Source of the DNA: an uncultured Conexibacteraceae bacterium
GTDB lineage: Bacteria > Actinomycetota > Thermoleophilia > Solirubrobacterales > Solirubrobacteraceae
DNA length: 64,000 nt
Direction: 5' to 3'
Assembly (NCBI GenBank): GCA_963829185.1
Contig: CAWHID010000032.1
Location: forward strand, 624 to 64,623
Below the pieces are notes generated by a model. The model saw only the letters and a program-made list of their open reading frames with translations, was not told the origin of the DNA and did no database searches. The translations under genes were made by a program, and so were the position numbers. Shown here in pieces: positions 27,785 to 36,863 of the stretch. Position 1 is the first letter of the stretch; each line of letters starts with the position of its first letter.

Positions 27785-28060
27785 GTGACGAAGAGCGAGT
27801 TCGTCGATCACGTCGCCCGGAAGGGCGACCTCGAGAAGAAGGAAGCCGCCGCGGCGGTCGAGGCCGTCCTCGGCGTCATCGAGGAGACGCTCGCCCGTGG
27901 TGGCGAGATCACGTTCTCCGGGTTCGGCAAGTTCCACGTGGCCGAGCGCAGCGCTCGCGACGGCGTGCATCCCCGCACGGGCGAGGCGATCCAGATCGCC
28001 GCCTCCAAGGTGCCGCGCTTCACCGCTGGGTCTGGCCTCAAGAAGGCCGTCAAGGGCTAA
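27785..28060 (+). CDS. hup: HU-family DNA-binding protein
   Basis: MTKSEFV...FSGFGKF...RDGVHPRTGE...VPRFTAGSGLK. AGGAGG RBS upstream. Confidence 0.95.
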   Translation: MTKSEFVDHVARKGDLEKKEAAAAVEAVLGVIEETLARGGEITFSGFGKFHVAERSARDGVHPRTGEAIQIAASKVPRFTAGSGLKKAVKG

Positions 28061-28062
28061 CG

Positions 28063-29019
28063 CTGCCTGCCGTTCATGTAGCCGACCGGCTGGCCGCCGC
28101 CGTCGCCGAGCGCGAGTCGCAGATCGTGCTCGGCCTCGATCCCGATCCACTGGCGCTCTGGCCCGAGGCCCAAGACGCCGCGGCTGGCGCGCTCGGCGCA
28201 CGTCCTGCGGTCCGCGCCGCGGCTGCCGTCCTCGCCCATTGCCGCGCGGTCATCGACGCGGTCGGCGACGCCGTCGTCGCCGTCAAGCCGCAGGTCGCCT
28301 GCTTCGAGCGCCTCGGCGCGCCCGGCTGGGACGCGCTGGCCGCGACCGTCGCGTACGCCCGCGCCGCGGGCTTGCTCGTTCTCGCCGATGGCAAGCGCGG
28401 CGACATCGACGTCACCGCCACCGCCTACGCCCAGGGCTTCCTCGGCGCGACGCCCTGGGACGGCGAGGACGGCGGGGCGGGCGGGCACGGCAGCATCCCC
28501 GGCCTCGGTGCCGACGCGCTGACCGTCGCGCCCTACATGGGGCTCGACACGCTGCGCTCCTTCGCCGCCGTCGGCCGCGCCCACGATGCCGGCCTGTTCG
28601 TCCTGGTCCGGACCTCTAACCCCGGCGCCGCCGACCTCGAGGACGAGCCGCTGGCGCGCGGCGGCACCGTTTGGGAGCGCGTCGCGCAACTCGTCGCCGA
28701 GCTCGGCGACGAGCACCTTGCGCCGCTCTCTGGCCTGAGCGACATCGGCGCTGTCCTCGGCGCCACGCGCCCCGAGCACCTGGCCCGGGCGCGCGAGCTG
28801 CTCCCCCACGCGATCTTCCTGCTGCCCGGCGTCGGCGCCCAGGGCGGCCGCGTCGAGGACCTTGCGCCGGCCTTCGCCCCCGGCCGCGCCGCCGGCCTGG
28901 TCACCGCTTCCCGGTCGATCGTGCGCGCGCACGAGCAGGGCGGCGACGCCGCCACGCCCGCCGCCGCGGCCCGTGCCGAGGCCGAGCGGCTGCGGGCCGC
29001 CGCATGGGCGCTGGGCTGA
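28063..29019 (+). CDS. pyrF: Orotidine-5'-phosphate decarboxylase (start uncertain)
   Basis: ADRLAAAV..SQIVLGLDP, VKPQVACFE, DGKRGDI, VLVRTSN and LLPGVGAQGG. No clean ATG/GTG occurs in frame before 28126. Confidence 0.9.
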   Translation: MPAVHVADRLAAAVAERESQIVLGLDPDPLALWPEAQDAAAGALGARPAVRAAAAVLAHCRAVIDAVGDAVVAVKPQVACFERLGAPGWDALAATVAYARAAGLLVLADGKRGDIDVTATAYAQGFLGATPWDGEDGGAGGHGSIPGLGADALTVAPYMGLDTLRSFAAVGRAHDAGLFVLVRTSNPGAADLEDEPLARGGTVWERVAQLVAELGDEHLAPLSGLSDIGAVLGATRPEHLARARELLPHAIFLLPGVGAQGGRVEDLAPAFAPGRAAGLVTASRSIVRAHEQGGDAATPAAAARAEAERLRAAAWALG

Positions 29020-30236
29020 TGGTGCACCGCGGCGTCCAGACCGACGCGCCGCCTATCCTGCGCCCCTGATGCGCCGTCGCTCTCCCGCTCGCTGGCTGGC
29101 CCCGCTGGCCCTCGTGACCTGCGCGGTCGCCATCTACGTCGTCGTCGATCACGAGCTCGGCTCGGACTCGTCGTCGCAGTCGACCTCGAGCACCACCAAG
29201 ACCGGGACCAACGCCGACGGGAAGACCACGTCGACGACCAAGTCCACCAAGAAGGCCAAGACCTCCTACACGGTCAAGTCCGGCGACTCGCTGTCGGTGA
29301 TCGCGGCGAAGACCGGGACCGACGTGGGGTCGCTGCAGGAGGCCAACCCGGACGAAGGGGAGAGCGGGCACGGCATCATCCCCGGCCTCGGCGCCGACGC
29401 GCTGACCGTCAACCCCTACATGGGCCTCGACACGCTGCGCTCCTTCGCCGCCGTCGGCCGCGCCCACGAGGCCGGCCTCTTCGTCCTCGTCCGCACCTCC
29501 AACCCCGGCGCCGCCGACCTCGAGGACGAGCCGCTGGCGCGCGGCGGCACCGTCTGGGAGCGCGTGGCCGAGCTCGTCGCCGAGCTCGGTGCCGAGCACC
29601 GCGCGCCGCTCTCAGGCCTGAGCGACATCGGCGCGGTCCTCGGCGCCACGCGCCCCGAGCATCTGGCCCGGGCGCGCGAGCTGCTGCCCCACGCGATCTT
29701 CCTGCTGCCCGGCGTCGGCGCCCAGGGCGGCCGCGTCGAGGACCTCGCGCCCGCCTTCGCTCCCGGTCGCGCCGCCGGCCTGGTCACCGCCTCCCGGTCG
29801 ATCGTGCGCGCGCACGAGCAGGACGGCGACGCGGCCTCGCCCGCCGACGCGGCCCGTGCCGAGGCCGAGCGGCTGCGGGCTGCCGCATGGGCGCTGGGCT
29901 GATGGCGCGCCGCGGCGTCCAGACCGACGCGCCGCCTATCCTGCGCCCCTGATGCGCCGCCGCTCTCCCGCCCGCTGGCTGGCCCCGCTGGCCCTCGTGA
30001 CCTGCGCGGTCGCCATCTACGTCGTCGTCGATCACGAGCTCGGCTCGGACTCGACGTCCAAGACGACCTCGAGCACCACCTCCAAGACCGGCACGAACGC
30101 CGACGGGACGGCCACGTCGACGACCAAGTCCACCAAGAAGGCCAAGACCACCTACACGGTCAAGTCCGGCGACTCGCTCTCGGTGATCGCCGCCAAGACC
30201 GGGACCGAGTCGGGTCGCTGCAGGAGGCCAACCCGG
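28481..30236. repeat. Diverged tandem duplication, 883-bp period (pyrF 3' part + LysM gene 5' part)
   Basis: 28481 aligns with 29364, 29019 with 29902 and 29069 with 29952. There are 11 mismatches in the first 140 bp, mostly synonymous. Confidence 0.93.
29069..29902 (+). pseudogene. Chimeric ORF: membrane LysM protein N-part fused in frame to PyrF C-part
   Basis: MRRRSPARWLAPL...YTVKSGDSLS..EANPD|EGESGHGIIPGLGADALTVNPY...AAAWALG. It lacks the PyrF DxKxxDI catalytic motif. Confidence 0.75.
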
Positions 30237-30290
30237 ATGTCGACTCCTGCCGCCCTGCATCCCGGCCAGAAGCTGAAGCTCCCGCGATGA
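29952..30290 (+). CDS. Membrane-anchored LysM peptidoglycan-binding protein
   Basis: TM helix, Ser/Thr/Lys linker, YTVKSGDSLSVIA...LHPGQKLKLP. There is a local -1/+1 shift near 30208-30245. Confidence 0.85.
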   Translation: MRRRSPARWLAPLALVTCAVAIYVVVDHELGSDSTSKTTSSTTSKTGTNADGTATSTTKSTKKAKTTYTVKSGDSLSVIAAKTGTESGRCRRPTRMSTPAALHPGQKLKLPR

Positions 30291-31557
30291 GCGACCGGAC
30301 GCTCCGCGCTTTGGTGGGTGTTGACGGCCCTCGCCGCCCTGGCCGTCGCGGCGCTCACCGCCATCGCTGCCCGCGCCTGCGTCCGCGGCCACCACGCCCA
30401 AGCCGCCGCAGGTTCGGGCGCCCGCCGCGATCCTGGTGGAGCCGGCGACCGGTGACGTCGTCTTTCAGCGCAACGCCGACCAGCGCCGGCCGATCGCCTC
30501 GACGACGAAGCTGATGACCGCGCTGGTCACGCTCGAGCACGCCTCGCTCGACGACGTGATGACCACCATCAACTACCACGGCTCGTCGGTCGAGTCGCTG
30601 GCCGGCTTCCGCGGCGGCGAGCGCGTGACCGTCCGCGACCTGCTGCGCGCGCTGCTGATCACCTCGGCCAACGACGCCGCGGCCACGCTCGCGCAGCGCG
30701 TCGCCGGCTCGCGCCCGGCGTTCGTGCGGCTGATGAACGCCAAGGCGCGTCAGCTCAAGCTCACCAACACGCACTACGCGAACCCGATCGGCCTCGACTC
30801 GCCCGAGAACTACTCGACGGCGACCGATCTGGCCAAGCTGACGCTGATCCTGCGCCGCAACGCCTTCTTCCGCGAGACGACCAACCTGCCGCGCGTCACG
30901 CTGAAGTCCGGCAACCACCCGCGCACGTTCGCCAACCGCAATGTGCTCGTGCGCAACGTGCCGGCGGTCAACGGCGTCAAGACCGGCCACACCAGTACGG
31001 CCGGCTACATCCTCGTCGGCTCGGCCTCACGGGCGGGCGTCACGGTCGTCGCCGTCGTCCTCGACGACCCCAGCGAGTCAGCGCGCGACAGCGACGCGCT
31101 CAACCTCCTCAAGCACGGCCTCAGCCGCTACCACGTCGTCACCGCCGTCAAGAAGGACCAGATCGCCGGCCACGCGGCGCTCTCGCACCGCGACGAGCAG
31201 GTCGATCTCGTCGCCGGCGCGACCGTCAAGCGCACGGCGCGCCGTGGCGACAAGCTCGTCGTCACCGTCAGCGGGGCGCCGACGACGATCGACGGGCCGC
31301 TGCCCAAGGGCGCGCGCGTCGGCACGGTCACCGTCACCCAGCGCGGCAAGGTCGTCGCGCGCGTGCCGCTGCAGACCGCCGACGCCGTCGACGCGGCCAC
31401 GTTCTTCGACCGCCTGCGCGACTGGCTCGGAAACCCGGTCACGCTCATCCTGCTCGGAGCCTTCGCCCTCTGTAGCCTCTACCTCGTGCTGCTTCGGCGG
31501 CGCGCGGTGCGGCGCAGGCAGAGGCGGCGCACCGGCAGAGGGGCACCCGTCGCGTGA
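30287..31557 (+). CDS. D-alanyl-D-alanine carboxypeptidase (S11), frameshifts in signal region
   Basis: IASTTKLMT (SxxK), TSAND (SxN), VKTGHT (KTG) and a C-terminal TM. Confidence 0.9.
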
Positions 31558-32513
31558 TCATCACCGTCACCCTGAACGCCGCGATCGACAAGTCGCTGTC
31601 CGTGCCGAACTTCCGGCTCGGGCGTCGGCATAGAACCGTGGAGCAGCGCACCGCCGCCGGCGGCAAGGGCGTCAACATCGCCCGCGCGCTGAAGACTCTC
31701 GGCCAGCCGGTGATCGCCACCGGCTTCGCGGGCGGACCGACCGGCACGCGGATCGTCGACCAGCTCACCGAGGAGTCGATCCTCAACGACTTCGTGCGGA
31801 TCCGCGAGGAGTCGCGCACCAACACCGCGGTCTATGACCCGACCAACGGGCAGCAGACCGAGATCAACGAGCGCGGTCCGGCGGTCTCGGCCAAGGAGGT
31901 CGAGCTCTTCCGCGACAAGCTGCTCTACCTCGCCCGCGGCGCCGACATGGTGGTCATCGCCGGCTCGCTGCCGCGCGGGGTCGAGCCCGACATCTACGCC
32001 GGGCTGATCCGCGAGCTGCGCAAGGCCAACGTCCTGACGGTCATCGACACCGACGGCGAGCCGCTGCGCCACGCCGTCCGCGCCGAGCCCGACGTGATCT
32101 CGCCCAACGTCCTGGAGGCCGAGGAGCTCGTCGGCCACGAGTTCAACGACGACGAGGACCGGATGATCGCCGTCGGCGAGATGGTCGAGCAGGGCGCCCG
32201 CGAGGCCGTCATGACGCTGGAGGACGGCTGCGTCGCGTGCATGCGCGTCGACGGCCATCGCCAGCGCTTCCGCGTGTCGATCCCGACGCGCGAGGCTGTC
32301 GCCGGCGTCGGCGCGGGCGACGCGTTCCTGGCCGGCTACGTCGCCGCGCGCTACGCCGGTAAGGCGACGGCGGACTGCCTGGCCTACGGCGTCGCCTGCG
32401 GCGCGGAGTCCACCCAGCACCTCGGTGCGGGCCTGGTCGAGCCGCGCGAGGTCGACCGGCTGCTCTCCGACGTCGATGTCGCCGCCGTGTCGGCATCGGC
32501 AGAAGTCAGCTGA
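31554..32513 (+). CDS. 1-phosphofructokinase-family (PfkB) hexose kinase
   Basis: TVTLNAAIDK, GGKGVNIA, ESRTN and GAGDAFLAG. Confidence 0.92.
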   Translation: MIITVTLNAAIDKSLSVPNFRLGRRHRTVEQRTAAGGKGVNIARALKTLGQPVIATGFAGGPTGTRIVDQLTEESILNDFVRIREESRTNTAVYDPTNGQQTEINERGPAVSAKEVELFRDKLLYLARGADMVVIAGSLPRGVEPDIYAGLIRELRKANVLTVIDTDGEPLRHAVRAEPDVISPNVLEAEELVGHEFNDDEDRMIAVGEMVEQGAREAVMTLEDGCVACMRVDGHRQRFRVSIPTREAVAGVGAGDAFLAGYVAARYAGKATADCLAYGVACGAESTQHLGAGLVEPREVDRLLSDVDVAAVSASAEVS

Positions 32514-32560
32514 AGGCGCCGCTTCGCGGCGTGAAGTTCGGTTCCGTACGAAGCCGTTGC

Positions 32561-32640
32561 TACTCTCTGAAACGCGTGTTTGGTTGCCGCCACACCACGC
32601 CGCAGCGCCCATCCTGGACCCCGCTCGCGCGGGGTCTTTT
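32561..32640 (+). promoter_or_regulatory. guaB3 leader: -10-like TACTCT followed by a terminator-like hairpin
   Basis: GACCCCGC-TCGC-GCGGGGTC-TTTT at 32617-32640, 29 nt before the ATG. Confidence 0.55.
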
Positions 32641-32669
32641 CGTCCGGCCCCAGACCTAGGATTCGCCCA

Positions 32670-33911
32670 ATGGAGATCGAGATCGGCCGCGGGAAGAAGG
32701 CCCGTCGTGCTTATGGATTCGACGACATCGCGATCGTGCCCTCACGGCGCACACGCGACCCTGACGATGTCGACATCTCCTGGAAGCTGGGGGACTACCG
32801 CTTCGAGCTGCCGCTGCTCGCTTCGGCGATGGACGGCGTCGTCTCCCCCCGCACCGCGGGACTGATCGGCAAGCTGGGCGGCCTCGCCGTCCTCAACCTC
32901 GAAGGCATCTTCAGCCGCTACGAGGACGCCGACGAGCAGCTGGAGCGCATCGCGCAGCTGCCCAAGGAGATCGCGACGCGCGAGATGCAGGAGATCTACA
33001 GCGCGCCGATCGACGAGGACCTCATGGTCCAGCGGATCCGCGAGATCAAGGAGCAGGGCGTCGTCACCGCCGCCTCGCTGACCCCGCAGCGCGTCAACAA
33101 GTACTACGAGAAGGTCCTGGACGCCGGCCTCGACATCCTGGTCATCCAGGGCACCGTCGTCTCGGCCGAGCACGTCTCGCAGACCTCCGAGGCGCTGAAC
33201 CTCAAGGAGTTCATCGCCGATCTGCCCGTCCCGGTCGTGGTCGGCGGCTGTGCCAGCTACCACACGGGCCTGCACCTGATGCGCACCGGCGCGGCCGGCG
33301 TGCTCGTCGGCGTCGGCCCCGGCGCGGCCTGCACCACGCGCGGCGTGCTCGGCGTCGGCGTCCCGCAGGCGACGGCGATCGCCGACGTCGCCGGCGCCCG
33401 CTCGCAGCACATGCTGGAGACCGGCGAGTACGTCCGCGTCATCGCCGACGGCGGGATGCGAACTGGCGGGGACGTCTCGAAGGCGATCGCCTGCGGCGCC
33501 GACGCGGTCATGGTCGGCTCTCCGCTCGCCCGCGCCCACGAGGCGCCGGGCCGCGGCTTCCACTGGGGCATGGCGACGTTCCACCCGACGCTGCCGCGCG
33601 GCGCGCGCGTCGCGACGGTGCAGAACGGCACGCTGGAGGAGATCCTCGTCGGGCCCGCCCGCGAGAACGACGGCACGTTCAACCTCATGGGCGGCCTGCG
33701 CACCTCGATGGCGACGACCGGCTACCAGGACATCGCCGAGTTCAACCGGGCCGAGCTGATGATCGCCCCGTCGCTGCAGACCGAGGGCAAGCAGCTGCAG
33801 TCCTCCCAGGGCGTGGGCATGGGCTCGCGCGGCGCGGCTGCCTCGGTCAACGGGCCGGCGGAGCCCAACGCCGCCGCTAGCGAGAAGACGCCCGCGCTGG
33901 CGGAGGCGTAG
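32670..33911 (+). CDS. guaB3: GuaB3-family IMP dehydrogenase-related protein
   Basis: [36 protein letters not shown] and IADGG. No CBS pair. Confidence 0.9.
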   Translation: MEIEIGRGKKARRAYGFDDIAIVPSRRTRDPDDVDISWKLGDYRFELPLLASAMDGVVSPRTAGLIGKLGGLAVLNLEGIFSRYEDADEQLERIAQLPKEIATREMQEIYSAPIDEDLMVQRIREIKEQGVVTAASLTPQRVNKYYEKVLDAGLDILVIQGTVVSAEHVSQTSEALNLKEFIADLPVPVVVGGCASYHTGLHLMRTGAAGVLVGVGPGAACTTRGVLGVGVPQATAIADVAGARSQHMLETGEYVRVIADGGMRTGGDVSKAIACGADAVMVGSPLARAHEAPGRGFHWGMATFHPTLPRGARVATVQNGTLEEILVGPARENDGTFNLMGGLRTSMATTGYQDIAEFNRAELMIAPSLQTEGKQLQSSQGVGMGSRGAAASVNGPAEPNAAASEKTPALAEA

Positions 33912-33919
33912 CGCACCTG

Positions 33920-35533
33920 ATGACCGACAACCTCGTCACCGCCAGCACGGCGGCCACGGAGCTTGCCGACGAGTCGGCGCCCGTCGACCGCCCGACCGCG
34001 GTCGACGAGGTCGTCGTCCTCGACTACGGCGGGCAGTACTCGCAGCTGATCGCGCGGCGCGTCCGCGAGTGCGGGGTCTTCAGCGAGCTGCTGCCCCACC
34101 ACGTCGGCGCCGAGGAGGTCCGCAAGCGCAAGCCGAAGGGCCTGATCCTCAGCGGCGGCCCCGCGTCGGTCTATGCCGACGGCGCGCCGAAGCTCGACCC
34201 GGAGCTGCTGGAGCTCGGCATCCCGGTGCTGGGCATCTGCTACGGCATGCAGCTGCTCGCGCTCAAGCTCGGCGGCAAGGTCGAGGGGGCAGAGGTCGGC
34301 GAGTTCGGCCGCTCCCAGCTGACGGTGCGCGAGAGCGGGACGCTGCTGGCCGGCCTGCCGCTGGAGCAGTCCTGCTGGATGTCGCATCGCGACACGGTCT
34401 TCGAGGCGCCGCCCGGGTTCACCGCGCTGGCGTCGTCAACCGCGTCGCCGGTGGCGGCGTTCGAGTCCGTCGAGCGCGGGATCTACGGGATCCAGTTCCA
34501 CCCCGAGGTCGTCCACACGCCCTACGGGACCGACGTCCTGAAGAAGTTCCTGGGCGACGTCTGCGGCGCCGAGCTGAACTGGTCGGCGGCCTCGATCGTC
34601 GAGGAGCAGCTCGCGCGCATCCGCGCCCAGGTCGGCGACGCGAAGGTCATCTGCGGGCTGTGCGGCGGCGTGGACTCCTCGGTCGCCGCGGTGCTCGTGC
34701 ACCAGGCGATCGGCGACCAGCTCACCTGCATCTTCGTCGACCACGGGTTGATGCGAAAGAACGAGGGCGAGCAGGTCATCAAGGCCTTCCGCGACCAGTA
34801 CAAGATCCCGCTGGTCGCCGTCGACGCCGAGAACCGCTTCCTCGACAAGCTCGCCGGCGTGAGCGAGCCGGAGGCCAAGCGCAAGATCATCGGCGCCGAG
34901 TTCATCCGCGTCTTCGAGGAGGAGGCCGCCAAGATCGGCGACGCGAAGTTCCTCGTCCAGGGCACGCTCTACTCCGACGTCATCGAGTCGGGCGGCGGCA
35001 CGGGCGCGGCGACGATCAAGTCCCATCACAACGTCGGCGGTCTGCCCGACGACCTGGAGTTCGAGCTCGTCGAGCCGCTGCGCGCGCTCTTCAAGGACGA
35101 GGTCCGCGCCGTCGGCGCCGAGCTCGGCCTGCCCGAGCGCCTCGTCTGGCGCCAGCCCTTCCCGGGCCCCGGCCTGGCGATCCGCGTCGTCGGCGGCGAG
35201 GCCACCAAGGAGCGGTTGGACGTCCTGCGCGACGCCGACTCCATCCTCCAGGACGAGATCCGCAACGCGGGCCTCTACCGCGAGCTGTGGCAGTCCTTCT
35301 GCGTCCTGCCCGACGTCCGCACCGTCGGCGTCCAGGGCGACGAGCGCACCTACGGCTACGTCGTCGTCATCCGCGCAGTGACCAGCGACGACGCCATGAC
35401 CGCCGACTGGGCCCGCCTGCCCTACGACCTGCTCGAGCAGATCGCCTCGCGGATGATCAACGAGCTGCGCGAAGTGAACCGGGTGGTCCTGGACATCACG
35501 TCCAAGCCCCCCGGAACCATCGAGTGGGAGTAA
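33920..35533 (+). CDS. guaA: GMP synthase (glutamine-hydrolysing)
   Basis: [29 protein letters not shown] and KPPGTIEWE. The PP-loop reads CGGVDS instead of SGGVDS. Confidence 0.96.
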   Translation: MTDNLVTASTAATELADESAPVDRPTAVDEVVVLDYGGQYSQLIARRVRECGVFSELLPHHVGAEEVRKRKPKGLILSGGPASVYADGAPKLDPELLELGIPVLGICYGMQLLALKLGGKVEGAEVGEFGRSQLTVRESGTLLAGLPLEQSCWMSHRDTVFEAPPGFTALASSTASPVAAFESVERGIYGIQFHPEVVHTPYGTDVLKKFLGDVCGAELNWSAASIVEEQLARIRAQVGDAKVICGLCGGVDSSVAAVLVHQAIGDQLTCIFVDHGLMRKNEGEQVIKAFRDQYKIPLVAVDAENRFLDKLAGVSEPEAKRKIIGAEFIRVFEEEAAKIGDAKFLVQGTLYSDVIESGGGTGAATIKSHHNVGGLPDDLEFELVEPLRALFKDEVRAVGAELGLPERLVWRQPFPGPGLAIRVVGGEATKERLDVLRDADSILQDEIRNAGLYRELWQSFCVLPDVRTVGVQGDERTYGYVVVIRAVTSDDAMTADWARLPYDLLEQIASRMINELREVNRVVLDITSKPPGTIEWE

Positions 35534-35572
35534 CTGGCCTCGCGCGCGGGGCGGACGGGGTACTGTCGGGGG

Positions 35573-36775
35573 ATGTCCCGCTTCGTTGTCCCCGTCGCGC
35601 TGACGCTCTGCCTCGCGCTCGCGAGCTCCGCCTCCGCCGCTCCCAAGACCGTCACCAAGGTCCGCACCGGCCCAGCGGGCGCGGAGTTCTACACGCCGCC
35701 GTCTCCGCTGCCGGGCAAGAAGCATGGGGATCTGATCTGGGCGCGGACGCTGACGGGGCCGGCGGTGGTGCCGGGTGCGTCGAAGACCAAGTTGGTGCTC
35801 TACCGCTCTCAGGGCGTGGACGGCAAGGCCAATGCGGTCTCCGGGATCGTGTCGATCCCGAAGGGCAAGGCCCCCAAGAAGGGCTGGCCGGTCATCACCT
35901 ACGCCCACGGCACGACGGGCGCCGCCGACCAGTGCGCGCCGTCACGCGACGCGGTCGGCACGCCGGTCCACGGATACAACGCCTACATCTCGCCGCTGCT
36001 CTCCCGCTGGCTGAAGGCCGGCTACGCGGTCGTGCGCACCGACTACGAAGGGCTCGGCACGCCCGGCCCGCACCCCTACCTCATCGGCAACTCGGAGGGC
36101 CGCGCGACGCTGGACATCGCCCGCGCCGCCCGCGAGCTCGACCCGCGCCTGAGCAAGACCACCATCATCTCCGGCCACTCCCAGGGCGGCCACGCCGCGC
36201 TCTTTGCCGCCGCGCTGGCGCCCAAGTGGACGCCCGAGCTCAAGCTCCGCGGCACCGTCGCCTTCGCGCCCGCCTCGCACCTCGACGACCAGATCCCGCT
36301 GACCAGCATCCTGACCTCGCCCGGCGGCGGGCTCAGCGGCCTGATCGCCGACATCGGGCGCGGCATCGTGACGGCCAACCCGTCGTTCGACCTCGGCGCG
36401 GTCCTCAGCGACCAGGCCAACGCGCTCTTCGCGCAGACCGAGACGCAGTGCCTGCCCGAGCTGTCGGCGCCGACCTCCTTCGGCGGCCTCTCGCCCAAGG
36501 CCATCTTCAAGGACGGCGCCGACTTCGCCCCGCTGGCCAAGCTGCTCGACGTCCAGGACCCGTCGCACCTGAAGATCACGACGCCGCTGCTGATCGACCA
36601 GGGCAGCGCCGACAGCACCGTCATCCCGATCTTCACCGACCAGCTCGCGACCGAGTTGGCCAAGAACGGCACCAAGGGCTTGACCTACAAGAAGTACCCG
36701 GGCATCGACCACGCCGGCATCGTGACCGCGGCCGCCAAGGACGCGACCGACTGGATCGCGAAACGCTTGAGGTAG
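35573..36775 (+). CDS. Secreted lipase (LIP-family alpha/beta hydrolase)
   Basis: Signal peptide, YAHGTTG..DQCAPS, TDYEGLG, GHSQGG, QGSAD and GIDH. Confidence 0.88.
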   Translation: MSRFVVPVALTLCLALASSASAAPKTVTKVRTGPAGAEFYTPPSPLPGKKHGDLIWARTLTGPAVVPGASKTKLVLYRSQGVDGKANAVSGIVSIPKGKAPKKGWPVITYAHGTTGAADQCAPSRDAVGTPVHGYNAYISPLLSRWLKAGYAVVRTDYEGLGTPGPHPYLIGNSEGRATLDIARAARELDPRLSKTTIISGHSQGGHAALFAAALAPKWTPELKLRGTVAFAPASHLDDQIPLTSILTSPGGGLSGLIADIGRGIVTANPSFDLGAVLSDQANALFAQTETQCLPELSAPTSFGGLSPKAIFKDGADFAPLAKLLDVQDPSHLKITTPLLIDQGSADSTVIPIFTDQLATELAKNGTKGLTYKKYPGIDHAGIVTAAAKDATDWIAKRLR

Positions 36776-36789
36776 ACCGCCCGCCCAGA

Positions 36790-36842
36790 GCGTCGAGGGA
36801 CGATTCGATCTCGCTCTACGAGATTCAGTCGTCCCTCGACGC
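36790..36842. terminator. Long hairpin between convergent genes
   Basis: 14-bp perfect stem GCGTCGAGGGACGA/TCGTCCCTCGACGC plus an inner ATCTCG/CGAGAT stem. Confidence 0.6.
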
Positions 36843-36863
36843 CCCGCGCAGGGTGCCGCGGGG

